A stretch of 63,913 bases of DNA, counting the filler, from Reclinomonas americana ATCC 50394 (lineage: Eukaryota), in assembly GCA_048213135.1 (NCBI GenBank). It is 13 parts of 13 records of this genome, joined end to end, with 100 filler letters (N's around TTAATTAATTAA, not from the genome) between each part and the next. Parts side by side here need not be neighbours in the genome. Positions count along the whole stretch, not along the records: positions 35,901 to 52,442 come from AFZH01017824.1; positions 52,543 to 55,406 come from AFZH01017826.1; positions 55,507 to 58,605 come from AFZH01017827.1; positions 58,706 to 59,898 come from AFZH01017828.1; positions 59,999 to 62,512 come from AFZH01017829.1; positions 62,613 to 63,913 come from AFZH01017839.1; 7 more parts are not named here. One strand, written 5' to 3'. A program made the position numbers and the translations under genes. Position 1 is the first letter of the stretch. Each line of letters opens with the position of its first letter. Below are positions 49,833 through 63,913 of this stretch, one piece after another. The notes under the pieces are model-generated. The model saw only the letters and a program-made list of their open reading frames with translations, was not told the DNA's origin and did not search any database.

Positions 49833-52800
49833 CTATGCCACAATGTGAGGCGCGCACACGACGGATAAAAAGGCCATGACCTTCGAGCACTCACCGCGCG
49901 CAAAAAGTGCGCCTCGATCGAGTTGAAAGTGCTGTCAATGTCGCTGCGGAGCTGTTGCAGGGTGCTGACGATGGAGCTGACGCATGGAAGCCATTGCCAC
50001 GCCAATGCCTCAGCAAAACTACTCGTCGGATCACCCAGGACGTGGGAGCTGAATAGGCCGCCACCACCACCATCCACTCGGATTCCACTTCGCGAGCCCG
50101 ATGATCTCTCCACGGCAACATCCAAGTGCAGCCACTGCTGCAGTGATAGCGGGGAGAAGCCATTCGGGTAGAGATATGCTCTGCACACGGCGATTGAAGA
50201 GAAGTGAGAGCCAGATGCAACTGCTTCGGTATGGGCGCTGCTGATCACCTCGAGCACACGTATTGATGCGGTCGCCGCTCCTCCACCGATCCCTTTGTTT
50301 CGCCGTCCATCCCGTCATCTTCGATTTCGTCTCGCTTCTCCAGATGGCGAACAATGCATCGTCCCGTAATCATGTGCACGTGCAAGTCAAAGATGTGATC
50401 CGTGGCAAACACCTATTCACAACCCGGAGGTGAGTGACGGAACAAAGGAGCGAGTTGGCAACACAATGCCCACCTCGTGCTCGGCGGCCGACGACAAGCA
50501 CAAGCGATCCAACACCTTGTCGTGCCGGCGCAGAAACTGCACGCCAGCGTCAATCAATTGTGACATCGCGAACACGTACCAACAGCACAGTGAGTGCATA
50601 CCATGCGACAGCGAACACCAGTCTTGCGTGTGTCTCGATCCTTCCAGCATGCGAGGATTTTCGCAATGTGCATATTGTCCGGGTGCGAAAAGCCGCCCAC
50701 ACGGTGATAGATGAAATCGCCGACTGTGAAGAGGTGTGAGAAGGTTGTTGTTGCAACGGACATTGATTGTTGGCTATCCATACCGTGATACGTCGCGTAC
50801 GCGTGCAGCGTGTGGTACAGGTGGACGGTGGAGAACCAAATGTTGTTGCCGTACATCTTGAATGGCGAACGCAACACTGGATCCTTGACGGTCTGCTGTG
50901 TGTACAGGCCGGGTGCGAGCCGTAGGGAGAAGATGCCGAGCTGCGGGCGAGGGAGGGAAGGAGGGGGGGAGAAGGAGAGGGAAGAGACAGAAGAAGAGGG
51001 AGGGGTAAGAGGGAGAGGGAGAAGGGAGAAGGAGAGAGAACGGGGGAGAAGGAGAGGGAGAAAGAGAAGGAGAGGGAAAAGGAAAGAAGTGGGAGAGAGA
51101 GCAGAGGGAGAAGGAGAGGAGAGGGAGAGGGAGAAAGAGATGGAGAAGGAGATGGAGAAGGAGATGGAGAAAGAGATGGAGAAGGAGATGGAGAAGGAGA
51201 TGGAGAAGGAGATGGAGAGGGAGATGGAGAGTGACGGAAGAGGGAGAGAGGGAGAACAAGAGGCAAGGACAGAAAGAAGGAGAGGCAAGGACAGAAAGAA
51301 GGAGAGGGAGAAGGATAGAGAGAAGAAGAGGAAGAGGGAGAGGGTGAGAAAGAACGGCAACGAGAAAGAGAGAGAGCGAGAGGCAAAGGAGAGAGAGAAC
51401 GGCAGCGAGAGAGAGCGAGAGGCAAAAAGAGAGAGAGAAGGAGAGAAGGACAGAGGGAGAGAGACGGGAGAAGAAAACTCTGAGATTAAAGGTCGACAAA
51501 ATCAAGAAAAGACAACATGGCTCACCGATCGAGGTTTTGGAGGTGAGCACACGCTGATCGGTTCCTCGGCTGCCTCGCGACTTGCCTCGGCCAAACTGTC
51601 CTGGTACCAACGCACGAATTCGCGATACGAAGCGTCGGGAGGCAGTGATGGCAACGACGGACCGCACGGGTCGTCGTCATGCTCGTCAATGGACGGCATC
51701 AGTCGCTCAGGCGACGAACGGTCGTCGGTCGACTGGTCGATCTCCACCTCGGGTTGACTGGCCATGAACAGAGCAGTCCGCTGCAACGGAAGTGCCGCGT
51801 ATCCTGCATAAGGAAGCGCATGAGAGAGATAGAGAGAGGAATTGCATCTTTTGTTGAGTGACGGAAACTCAACTCGACTCCAAGTACTGCTTCGTGTCGC
51901 ACACTGCAGTGGCAAATAAAGTCAGTTGCACAATTCTCTGCAAGAGGCACAAGTGACAGACGCAACAGTCGGCGGCGGCCAGGAGTGGAGCATACTCCAC
52001 TTCTTGCTGGTACAGGCGCTTCAGTGCCACCTCCAGCGTGGACATGGTGCTCCAGTCGAATGAGCGTGTTGCTCCCTGCAGGTCGGCCAGCGAATTGAGA
52101 ACAAGGATGACACGAGTCGGGAGAAAAATCGGCGCATGTACCGTTGGTGATCCGTCAGGTCTGACAACGCCAATGGTGAGGTCGATGGGTTGTCTGTGCA
52201 TTGGTGCTCGTCGTCAGCAGAAGGAGACAAAGAAAGGAGATGAGGTCACAAACGCAACAAGGAGCCCGATTCACGCGGCGCCCAAGACAGGGGTTCGACG
52301 TGTAAGAAGGCCTCGGTGAAACCCTGCGCGGCACAGAAGAGAGAGAGTTGAGAGAGAGAGAGAGAGACAAAGAGAGAGAGAGAGAGAGGAGGGAGGGAGA
52401 CTTCTTTCATGACAAGCACACCTACAATATCGTGAGTGGCACNNNNNNNNNNNNNNNNNNNNNNNNNNNNNNNNNNNNNNNNNNNNTTAATTAATTAANN
52501 NNNNNNNNNNNNNNNNNNNNNNNNNNNNNNNNNNNNNNNNNNACGATGGGGGAGACGATGGGGGAGACGATGGGGGAGACGATGGGGGAGACGATGGGGG
52601 AGACGAAGTGGAAGACGAATGGGGGGAGACGACGGGGGAGACGATGGCGGAGACGATGCGGATGGGTGGGGAAGAGAGAGATGCACTCACCGACGACCGT
52701 GAGGAGTTTGGTGGATTCACAACTGGATTGAACACTACATCGCTGCGTTGCGAGACGTCTGGGCGGGGCGTGTCAGGCGGAAACCTCTGTTTTCCCGAGA

Positions 52801-55029
52801 GCACAAGAGCAGGCACGCAACTTGCCGGCCATCTCTCACACTTTCCCATATACACAAATTCCATGGGCATGATATTATCGTCGGGATCGGCGATGCTGAC
52901 AGACACGAGCCTGGTGGCTCGCTGGAATTTGGGAAACACCTCCTCGGCAAACACCAGCTGACTGCCGAAATACTCGAAATACGTTTGCGATAGACTCTTG
53001 GCCGCATTGCTGACACGCACACGCACACATGCATGAGCGGTGGAGGAGTACGCACTGCAAGGAACGAGCATAGAGGGCGACGACACGCACCGAACCCGCG
53101 AGTTGCCTGCAAAGCTAAATACCTCCTTGAAACAGCGCCAAAAAAGCGGCGTCGCCAGCTTGACAATTAGCTTGTCATACGTCGCCACCTGCGTCACCAT
53201 GCGCAGTGGCCACCGAATTGCCCCATCATCTATGCATGCGCAACGGAAAAATGAGCCAGCAACTTGGCCGAGGACGAGCCGAAGACGAGCACCGCATCAC
53301 CGATTGTCAAGTACAACTGTCGCAACATGCGACGCAGCAGTCCACACACACTCCTCGTCTCCAACTCCGACGGCTCCCGTCCGTGCGGATCCATGCGCTC
53401 CATGATCTCCACGAACGCGGATGGAGGCGCACCCCCACCTCCACTGCCTCGCATCGACAATGCACTGCGCAGATCCTCCACCATGTCGCTGACCAGCTCC
53501 ACCATATAAACCGATGGCTGACTGAGCAGCCGCTGCAGCGCACGTGGACATGCTTCCCATCTGACGCGACACACAAACGCAGGCTGGAGTCAGCGACGAT
53601 CGGGCAAGAGAGACACAAAGGAAAAAGACCGGCGAAGCAGCAGCAGGATAGTGCAAAGGGAATGCTTCGCTTGCTGTCACACTCTGTTGCCACGCTACCA
53701 CCCACGTAGCACACACTGTTGCACACACTGTTGCACACACTTTCACACACTTTCCACACACCCTTCACCGCACAAGAAGCGTGTTTGCGCACATGCATAT
53801 GTCACATTCTGTCACATTCCTCCTCCACCCTACTTCCCTCTCCCATTCACTGTTGCACACACTGCTCCCTCACACACTATTGCACACACTGTTGCACACA
53901 CTTTCACACACTTTCCACACACTTTCTTCACAAGAAGCATGCTTGTGCAAATGCATATGTTGTCACAATCTGTCACATTCCTCTTCCTCTCTGCTCCCCT
54001 CTCCCATTCACTGTTGCACACACTGTTGTACACACTGTTGCACACACTATTACACTCACTTTCACACACTTTCCACACACCCTTCTCCTCAAGAAGCATG
54101 TTTGCGCACATGCATATGTCACATTCTGTCACATTCCTCTTCCTCCTGCTCCCCTCTCCCATTCACTGTTGCACACACTGCTCTCTCACACACTGCTGCA
54201 CACACTGTTGCACTCACATTCACACACTTTCCACACACTTTTCTCCACAAGAAGCATGTTTGTGCTAATGCATATCACAATCTGTCACATTCCTCTTCCT
54301 CCCTGCTTCCCTCTCCCAATCACTGTTGCACACACTCCTCTCTCGCACACTCTTCACACACTGTTGCACTCACATTCACACACTTTCCACACACTCTTCT
54401 CCTCAAGAAACGCGTGTGTGCAAATGCAAGCTATCACACCCTGTTGTCGCTCATCCCCTCTTCCTCGCGGCTCCCCTTTCCCATTCACTGTTGCACGCAC
54501 TGTTGCACACACTGTTGTACTCACTTACACACACTTTCACACACTTTCCACACACTCAAGAAGCACACAGTCAATCACATGTTGTTCAAGAAGCATTTGT
54601 GCAAATGCATATGTCAACTCATTCCTCTTCCTCCCTGCCGACCTCTCCCATCACTGTTGCACGCACTCTTCCCACACGCCTCCTCCACACCAACAAACGC
54701 AACTCATCCGCGACCTGATTGACCTGCTCCAAGCGCGCATTGATCTCCGCCACCAGCTGCTCCCTTCGCTCACCATCCCGCAGCAGCTTGCGCACCTGCG
54801 CAGCACTGACGCCCAGCGGCCACTGACACACCTCGCGCAGCGACACTGGTGGCGCCGCAGACACATAGTAGTCATCGTCGGCGACGACAACGTGGTGGTG
54901 CTCTCTGCGCTCTTCTTTGATGCGCACAGTGGTGGTCGTGGTGGTGGAGGAGGAGGCGGAGGAGCGGGAGGCGGTGGAGGCCACGTCGGGCGCGGTGATC
55001 TCCGAGGTGAGCCAGTGGTGGAGTGACAT
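49833..55029 (-). CDS. Probable upstream exons of the SET-domain gene, or an adjacent uncharacterised gene
   Basis: A series of minus-strand coding-like GT-AG exons starts at ATG 55029 (MSLHHWL...) and continues across gap 52443-52542. No recognisable domain. Confidence 0.5.
51130..51230. repeat. 12-bp minisatellite (GGAGATGGAGAA)n in a purine-rich intron
   Basis: About 8 tandem copies, seen directly. Confidence 0.9.
52543..52660. repeat. 12-bp minisatellite (GACGATGGGGGA)n
   Basis: About 5 near-perfect copies plus degenerate ones abutting the gap. Confidence 0.9.
53708..54680. repeat. Intronic tandem satellite, unit about 158 bp, about 6 copies
   Basis: Anchor aagaagc at 53774, 53932, 54091 and 54249, with variant aagaaac at 54405. 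Internal 12-bp CACACTGTTGCA subrepeats. Confidence 0.9.
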
Positions 55030-55516
55030 TCACTGGGAGAGAGGCAAACGAGACAAACGACGGAAGGGTGGCGAGCATTATTTGTTTGTGTTTGTGTGCC
55101 AGTGAGTGAGAGAATGACGCGCACGTGCTCTCAGCGTTTTGTCGATGCGCTGCTTGTGCTGTGGATGCTGATGTGTGAGTGGAGACAGCGTTCTCTGCGG
55201 TTCCTTGTCTCTCATTTCTCTCTCTCTCTCGCTCTCTCCTTCTCTGTGTGTTTGTGCGCGCGTGTGTGTGTGTGTTACTCTGGGAGATATCTGCAGTTCC
55301 TCCTCTTCTCCTCTCTCTCTCTCTCTGTGTGTGCCTGTCTCTTGTGTTCGTGTCCTCTTTCTTCACCATTCTCTTCTCCTTTCTCTCTCTCTCTCTCTCT
55401 CTCTCTNNNNNNNNNNNNNNNNNNNNNNNNNNNNNNNNNNNNNNNNNNNNTTAATTAATTAANNNNNNNNNNNNNNNNNNNNNNNNNNNNNNNNNNNNNN
55501 NNNNNNAGAGAGAGAG

Positions 55517-55564
<48 letters not shown>

Positions 55565-55736
55565 GTGTGAAACACGTGTGTGTTGCGTTCGTGCGTGTTG
55601 CGCACACACGCACTCTTTCACGCGCGCTCTCTCTCTCTCATGTGGTTCTGTTGCCTTGCATTTCCCCTTCTTTCATGTTGTGCTCAATTTCGTTCGATTT
55701 TGTGTGTGCGTTTGTGTGTGTGTTGATGACATACAG

Positions 55737-56906
55737 GTTCTCGTGGATGCGTACTGGTGGTGGGCGTCGCCGTCGATTGATCTGCTGCTCAGTGTGAATC
55801 CGTTGTGGTATCAAGTGATGGCGGTGAGTGGCGCGAGAGAAGGGAATCGGCGGGAAAAATGAGATAAGAGATGATTGGTAGCGGCTGTTTTTCTGCAATC
55901 CCCCCGTGCACTCTTTCGCTCAAGTAGTCGCATACGGCCACATGACGCGGAAAACACCACATCCCGTCCGATCTGTGAAGTTAAGCCGCGTTCAGCTGGG
56001 TCAGTACTAGGGTGGGGGACCACTTGGGAAGCCCCAGTGCTTGTATGCTTTTGCCACTTTTTTTGAATTTAGGAAAGGAGAAGGGGCGAGGAAGAGGAGA
56101 GGGTCATTTGAGAGAAGCATAGAACCTTGCAGTCGCACAGAGAGGGATTGGTGCCGAGAGGAGACCGATTGAGTGCAAAGGTCTGCGATCTTTGGAGAAT
56201 AGATTGCGCTGCGCACGAGAGCGCAAGTCCAGCAGCAGACAGAGAGGGCTTTTGTGCCCGTCGTTCGTGAGAGGAGCATAGAGATACCCATGCGTGATAG
56301 AGGAAGGAAAGGCGTGCAACATCGAAAGGATCGTAAGAGAGGAGAATCGTGTGCGCTGTGCCTGAGAAGACGGCAGCCCTTGAAACAGAGGATCTCATCA
56401 AGCGAGTGCCTGACTCTCTCCTCCGTGCAGATGGTGTCGCCGGTGCTGTACGCCCCGTTCTACATTGTGGCCACGTACGCCTTCATCCGCGGTACGCTCC
56501 TCACCTCATGTGCGCCCCACTCTGCCACCAAAACCAACTACTCACTTCCGCCCTCCTTCCCCCCACCGAAACAGGCCGCGACTGGATCCGCCTGCCGGGC
56601 GCCTGCTTCGCGTGGGGCTTGCTGTACACGACTGTGGTGATTCTCGTCGAGCAGGTGTGGGGTGAGCATGCGTCGCCGCAGCCGCTGCAGATCCTGGCCG
56701 CGTACGGCTCCTACGCTGTGATGCCGCTGATTATGCTGGTGCGCCTGTTCGGCTCGGACCCGTTCGGCAACAAGGCCGACCGGAAACGCCGCCGCGAGGA
56801 GAAGAAGAAGAAGTCGAGCTCGCGTCGCAGCACCAGCGCGGAGAATGTGCCGCCCGCGGGTCCGGCAGAGAACGAGCCGCCCACCATTCACGACAAGTAC
56901 AAGTAA
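55737..56906 (+). CDS. EXPERA-domain (EBP/TMEM97/TM6SF-like) membrane protein, 5' partial
   Basis: YWWWASPSIDLLLSVNPLWYQVMA|MVSPVLYAPFYIVATYAFIR|GRDWIRLP...ILVEQVWG...AYGSYAVMPLIMLVR; several hydrophobic helices. Confidence 0.8.
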
Positions 56907-57142
56907 GACGACGAAGTGGGATAGGAGGAGCTGCTTTGAATCTCTCTCCCTTTCTCTCTCTCGCTCGCGTGTTCTGCGTGTGTGTTTTTCTTCTCCTCCC
57001 CTTTTTTTGCGCGCCACCCTTTCTGTGTAAGTGAATGGTGCGTGCTTTCGTGTGCGATAACGGGCGGGGGGAAGAGGCATTTACATGCATAACGGGTGGG
57101 ATACAGGAGACGCGAGGGGAGGAGAGGGAGGGACGGCACAGC

Positions 57143-60815
<3,673 letters not shown>

Positions 60816-60879
60816 CGTCGTGTGAATAAAGTGGAAAATGCAATTTGTCCTGTACAACTGGAGAAGTGGAACCAGGCTG

Positions 60880-61600
60880 TTTCTGCGGCGGAGCCTCCCC
60901 TGCACTCTACCTGCAACACCCCACTCAAGGAATCCGTGAGCCGCGCAGCTTGCGAGAGTCTGCTTCCGCTCACAGATCGATTGTCCTGCGAAACAACATG
61001 CAGGCGGATCTTGCTTGTCTCTGCACCTTCTTCGTCACAGCCTCTTCCACATGCTGCGTGTAACATTACGCCCAAGGAGTTCATGAGAGGCGCAGCTTGC
61101 AAGCCCCTCCTCCCACTCATAGATCGATTGTCCCGCGCAACTGGATGCACGCCGATCTTGCGCCTCTCTGCAGCCCACTCGCCGCGGCTTATTGGGCGCC
61201 TTGCCTATCAAGTCTTGCACATGGAGCCGTGAGCCGCGACGCTCGCGGGTCTCTGCTTCCCCTTCCACATCGGTTGTCCTGCGCAACTGGATGCACACCG
61301 ATCTTGCTTGTCTCTGCAGCCCGTTCGCCGTGGCTTATGGAACACCGTGCCTATCAAGTCTTGCACATGGAGCCATGAGCCGCGACGCTCACGGGCCTCT
61401 GCTTCCGCTGCAGCATTGATTGTCCTCTGCAGTTGGATTTCGTGAGAACATGCGTGCATTTGCAGCCCATTCGACGCGGCCTCTCCTGCACGATGCTCGT
61501 CAAGTCCCATTTGCAGAATCCATGAGCCGTGCCACTTTCTTGCCTCTGCATCTCTTCTTTCTGAGATTGTCCTGCAGTCAATATCTGGCAAACCACGTCG
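60880..61600. repeat. Diverged tandem repeat, unit about 146 bp, about 5 copies, directly upstream of PCYT2
   Basis: ctggatgcac at 61141 and 61287; gagccg at about 60938, 61231, 61377 and 61523. Confidence 0.85.
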
Positions 61601-61918
61601 CGAAACGCTGCTCTCTGCACGCCATCTCACACTTTGTCTTCCACACTACATCTACCACACTCTGCACACTCGCATTCGGCCATCAGAGGCCTCTGTTTGC
61701 GAGTTGTCCTGCATTGCCGGATCCTGACAGGATCCATGCTGACCGTTTCTTTTCCTCCTTGTGAGTGTGCGCGTTGTCGATGGGCTTTTTCCTGGCCATC
61801 GGCACCATCATTCGCCGAGTGGTGTGGGCCGGTGCCTGTGCACTCGGATACTTTGTGGTCAAAGTTCCGCTCTCTCACACACACACTCTGTCGTTTCCGA
61901 CGCGTGCTGATCGTGCAC

Positions 61919-61986
<68 letters not shown>

Positions 61987-62882
61987 CACTCACTCCACTC
62001 ACTCACACTCACACACACTCACACACTCACACTCACTCACTCACTCACTCTCGCTCACAGTTTTACACTGACTTTGAGCGAGCGCCGACGGGAGAGTGGC
62101 AGCCGCGTGACATATGTGCTGAGCTGGACAACACGGAGAACGGAATGGTGTGCAAGTGAAGACAGAGAGAGCGGGGAGAGAGGGGAGAGAGTGAGAGTGT
62201 GAGAGTCAGAGAGACAGAGAGTGTGTGAGAGAGAAAGAAGTGAAAGACGAAGAAGAAGAAGAAGAAGAAGAGAGACAGAGAGAGAGAAGCCAGAGAGAGA
62301 GAGAGAGGAAGAGAGTGAGAGGAAGAGAGTCCTTGCTCTCCTCTCTTGCACACAACTTCTCCCTCTCCCTCCCCTTCTCCCTCCAGTCATGAGATGACTT
62401 ATTTCCGCCTTTGATGGGGGTCATGCCGTCGTGAGTGCGCTTTGTTTTCTCTCTCCTTCTCCTCTCCTCTCTCTCTCTCTCTCTCTCTCTTCCCCTCTCT
62501 CTCTCTCTCTTCNNNNNNNNNNNNNNNNNNNNNNNNNNNNNNNNNNNNNNNNNNNNTTAATTAATTAANNNNNNNNNNNNNNNNNNNNNNNNNNNNNNNN
62601 NNNNNNNNNNNNGAGAGAGAGAGAGAGAATTAAGTGGAAAGAGTGCGAGTGAGAGAGAATGCAGGGAGACGAGAGAGAGAGAAGGATAAGTGGAATGACA
62701 AGCGCGACAGGGAAGGGAATGAGTGCGTGAGAGACAGAATGCACGACTCCGCGATAGAGAATGCAAATGTGCAAATTCGTTTGACCACACACACAAAGTC
62801 ACACACACTCTGTCTCTCTCTCACACACTAACACACACGCCCATCTCTCTCACACAACACAACACACACTCAAACGCAACAC

Positions 62883-63371
62883 ATGTACTGGCCCATGGAA
62901 GCACGCGAATCGACAGCAATGATGACACCGCCCCTGTCACACAACGAGAGAAAAGAGTGAGACACACACACACACTCTCTCTCGCTCTCTCTCATGGAAC
63001 GCACTCATAGATGAATCCAAGTGTGGTCGTGCTGAAAGACAACACACAGTGTGAGCATTCATCACACACACACACAATGAAGAGAAGACAACTTGCACGC
63101 ACCCATGCAAGAACTTGATGTCACAGCGGTCGACAAACTCATCAGGCTGTGCGTCGTGCACACACAAAGAAAGAGAGTGAGGCAAAAGAGTGTGTGTGTG
63201 TTTGCACAAGAGTGACCATTTCGCGCGCGCGCGCGTTCACAAAACTCGTGTCACGTTGGGCATGAGAAAGTTCTCTGTCTTCAGCTCGTGCATCAGAGAG
63301 GTCACCGTGGCCTCTTCCTCAGCCGCGCTGGCGTCGATGGCCGGTCGCTCGAGAAAGTCCAACTTCAACAT
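62883..63371 (-). CDS. PSMB5: Proteasome subunit beta type-5, 5' part. Exons 63371-63246, 63146-63103, 63031-63005, 62933-about 62883; remainder not seen.
   Basis: Spliced reading gives a propeptide followed by DIKFLHG/TTTLGFIYEGGVIIAVDSRASMGQY, the beta5 autocleavage site and catalytic Thr. Confidence 0.92.
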
Positions 63372-63913
63372 TTGCGTGAGTGTGTGAATGCGTGACAGGG
63401 CTGGGTTTAGTTGGTCGGCTGGAGTGGTGGAATTCGATATTTCTCTGGAGTGTGGTGCCTTTCTTTCCCTTGAGTGTCGCTTGTGTGACCCAAGAAGCAT
63501 CTCGGATCGGTGCTGTTAATATCTGCAGAAAAGATAGAACATGAATGCGGACAAAAATTGAATAAAATTCCAAGGCCAGCGCTGCAGCTGGAGTTCATGT
63601 GCACCCTTCTTGCCCCTTCATCGCCACCTCCTTCTCTTCACACACGACTTGTCACCTTTTCCAACTTGCTGTTCGGATCAACGAATCTTCATTCTCTCTA
63701 CTCTTCATTTCTTGCATCACGCCTAGCCGTGCGCGTGTGTGCGGAGCAACAACAACCAAGACACGTACAAATGGCTTCTCGACCTCCTCCACGCCCTCGC
63801 TCATCAACAACAACTCCCTCACTGCCAATGTCTGCCTCTTCTCCGTGCGACGACGATGAGAAAGCAGACATGATGTTCATCGACAACAAGCAGCATGTGA
63901 CGACGGCGATGAC

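Noticed and set aside
50550..51757. EKEM-repeat and SP-repeat ORFs
   Set aside because: They arise from the purine-rich intron and its 12-bp minisatellite.
53651..55026. Long His/Thr/Cys-rich plus-strand ORFs
   Set aside because: They are translations of the 158-bp intronic satellite.
60880..61600. CRISPR array
   Set aside because: No constant short repeat with unique spacers, whole units are homologous, the context is eukaryotic and no cas genes are present.

Overview
Draft-assembly scaffold from an unidentified unicellular eukaryote. It has GC-rich exons, many short spliceosomal introns full of (CT)n/(CA)n microsatellites, and twelve artificial 100-nt gap spacers (N44-TTAATTAATTAA-N44). 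The right part (about 29.6-63.9 kb) is housekeeping: CDC14, an R2R3 MYB, a putative mitochondrial protein, the TFIIIC B-block subunit, a SUV39-type SET methyltransferase, an EXPERA protein, ethanolamine-phosphate cytidylyltransferase and the 5' part of proteasome beta5. The left part (about 1.2-29.3 kb) looks like an accessory or innate-immunity cluster. It holds a spliced Ubl-HEPN-NACHT-pentapeptide-WD40 NLR-like receptor, an intronless bacterial-looking gene, two WD40-only proteins sharing a distinctive C-terminal motif, a lectin-like surface protein, a disrupted kinase and a TPR-coiled-coil-IRAK/Pelle-like kinase-RING protein. Manual splicing shows two unusual features of the splicing system: 3-nt and 4-nt microexons needed to build conserved motifs, and a frequent atypical GTTGCG/GTTGAG 5' splice-site class. 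All family assignments come from motif recognition by eye; no searches were run.
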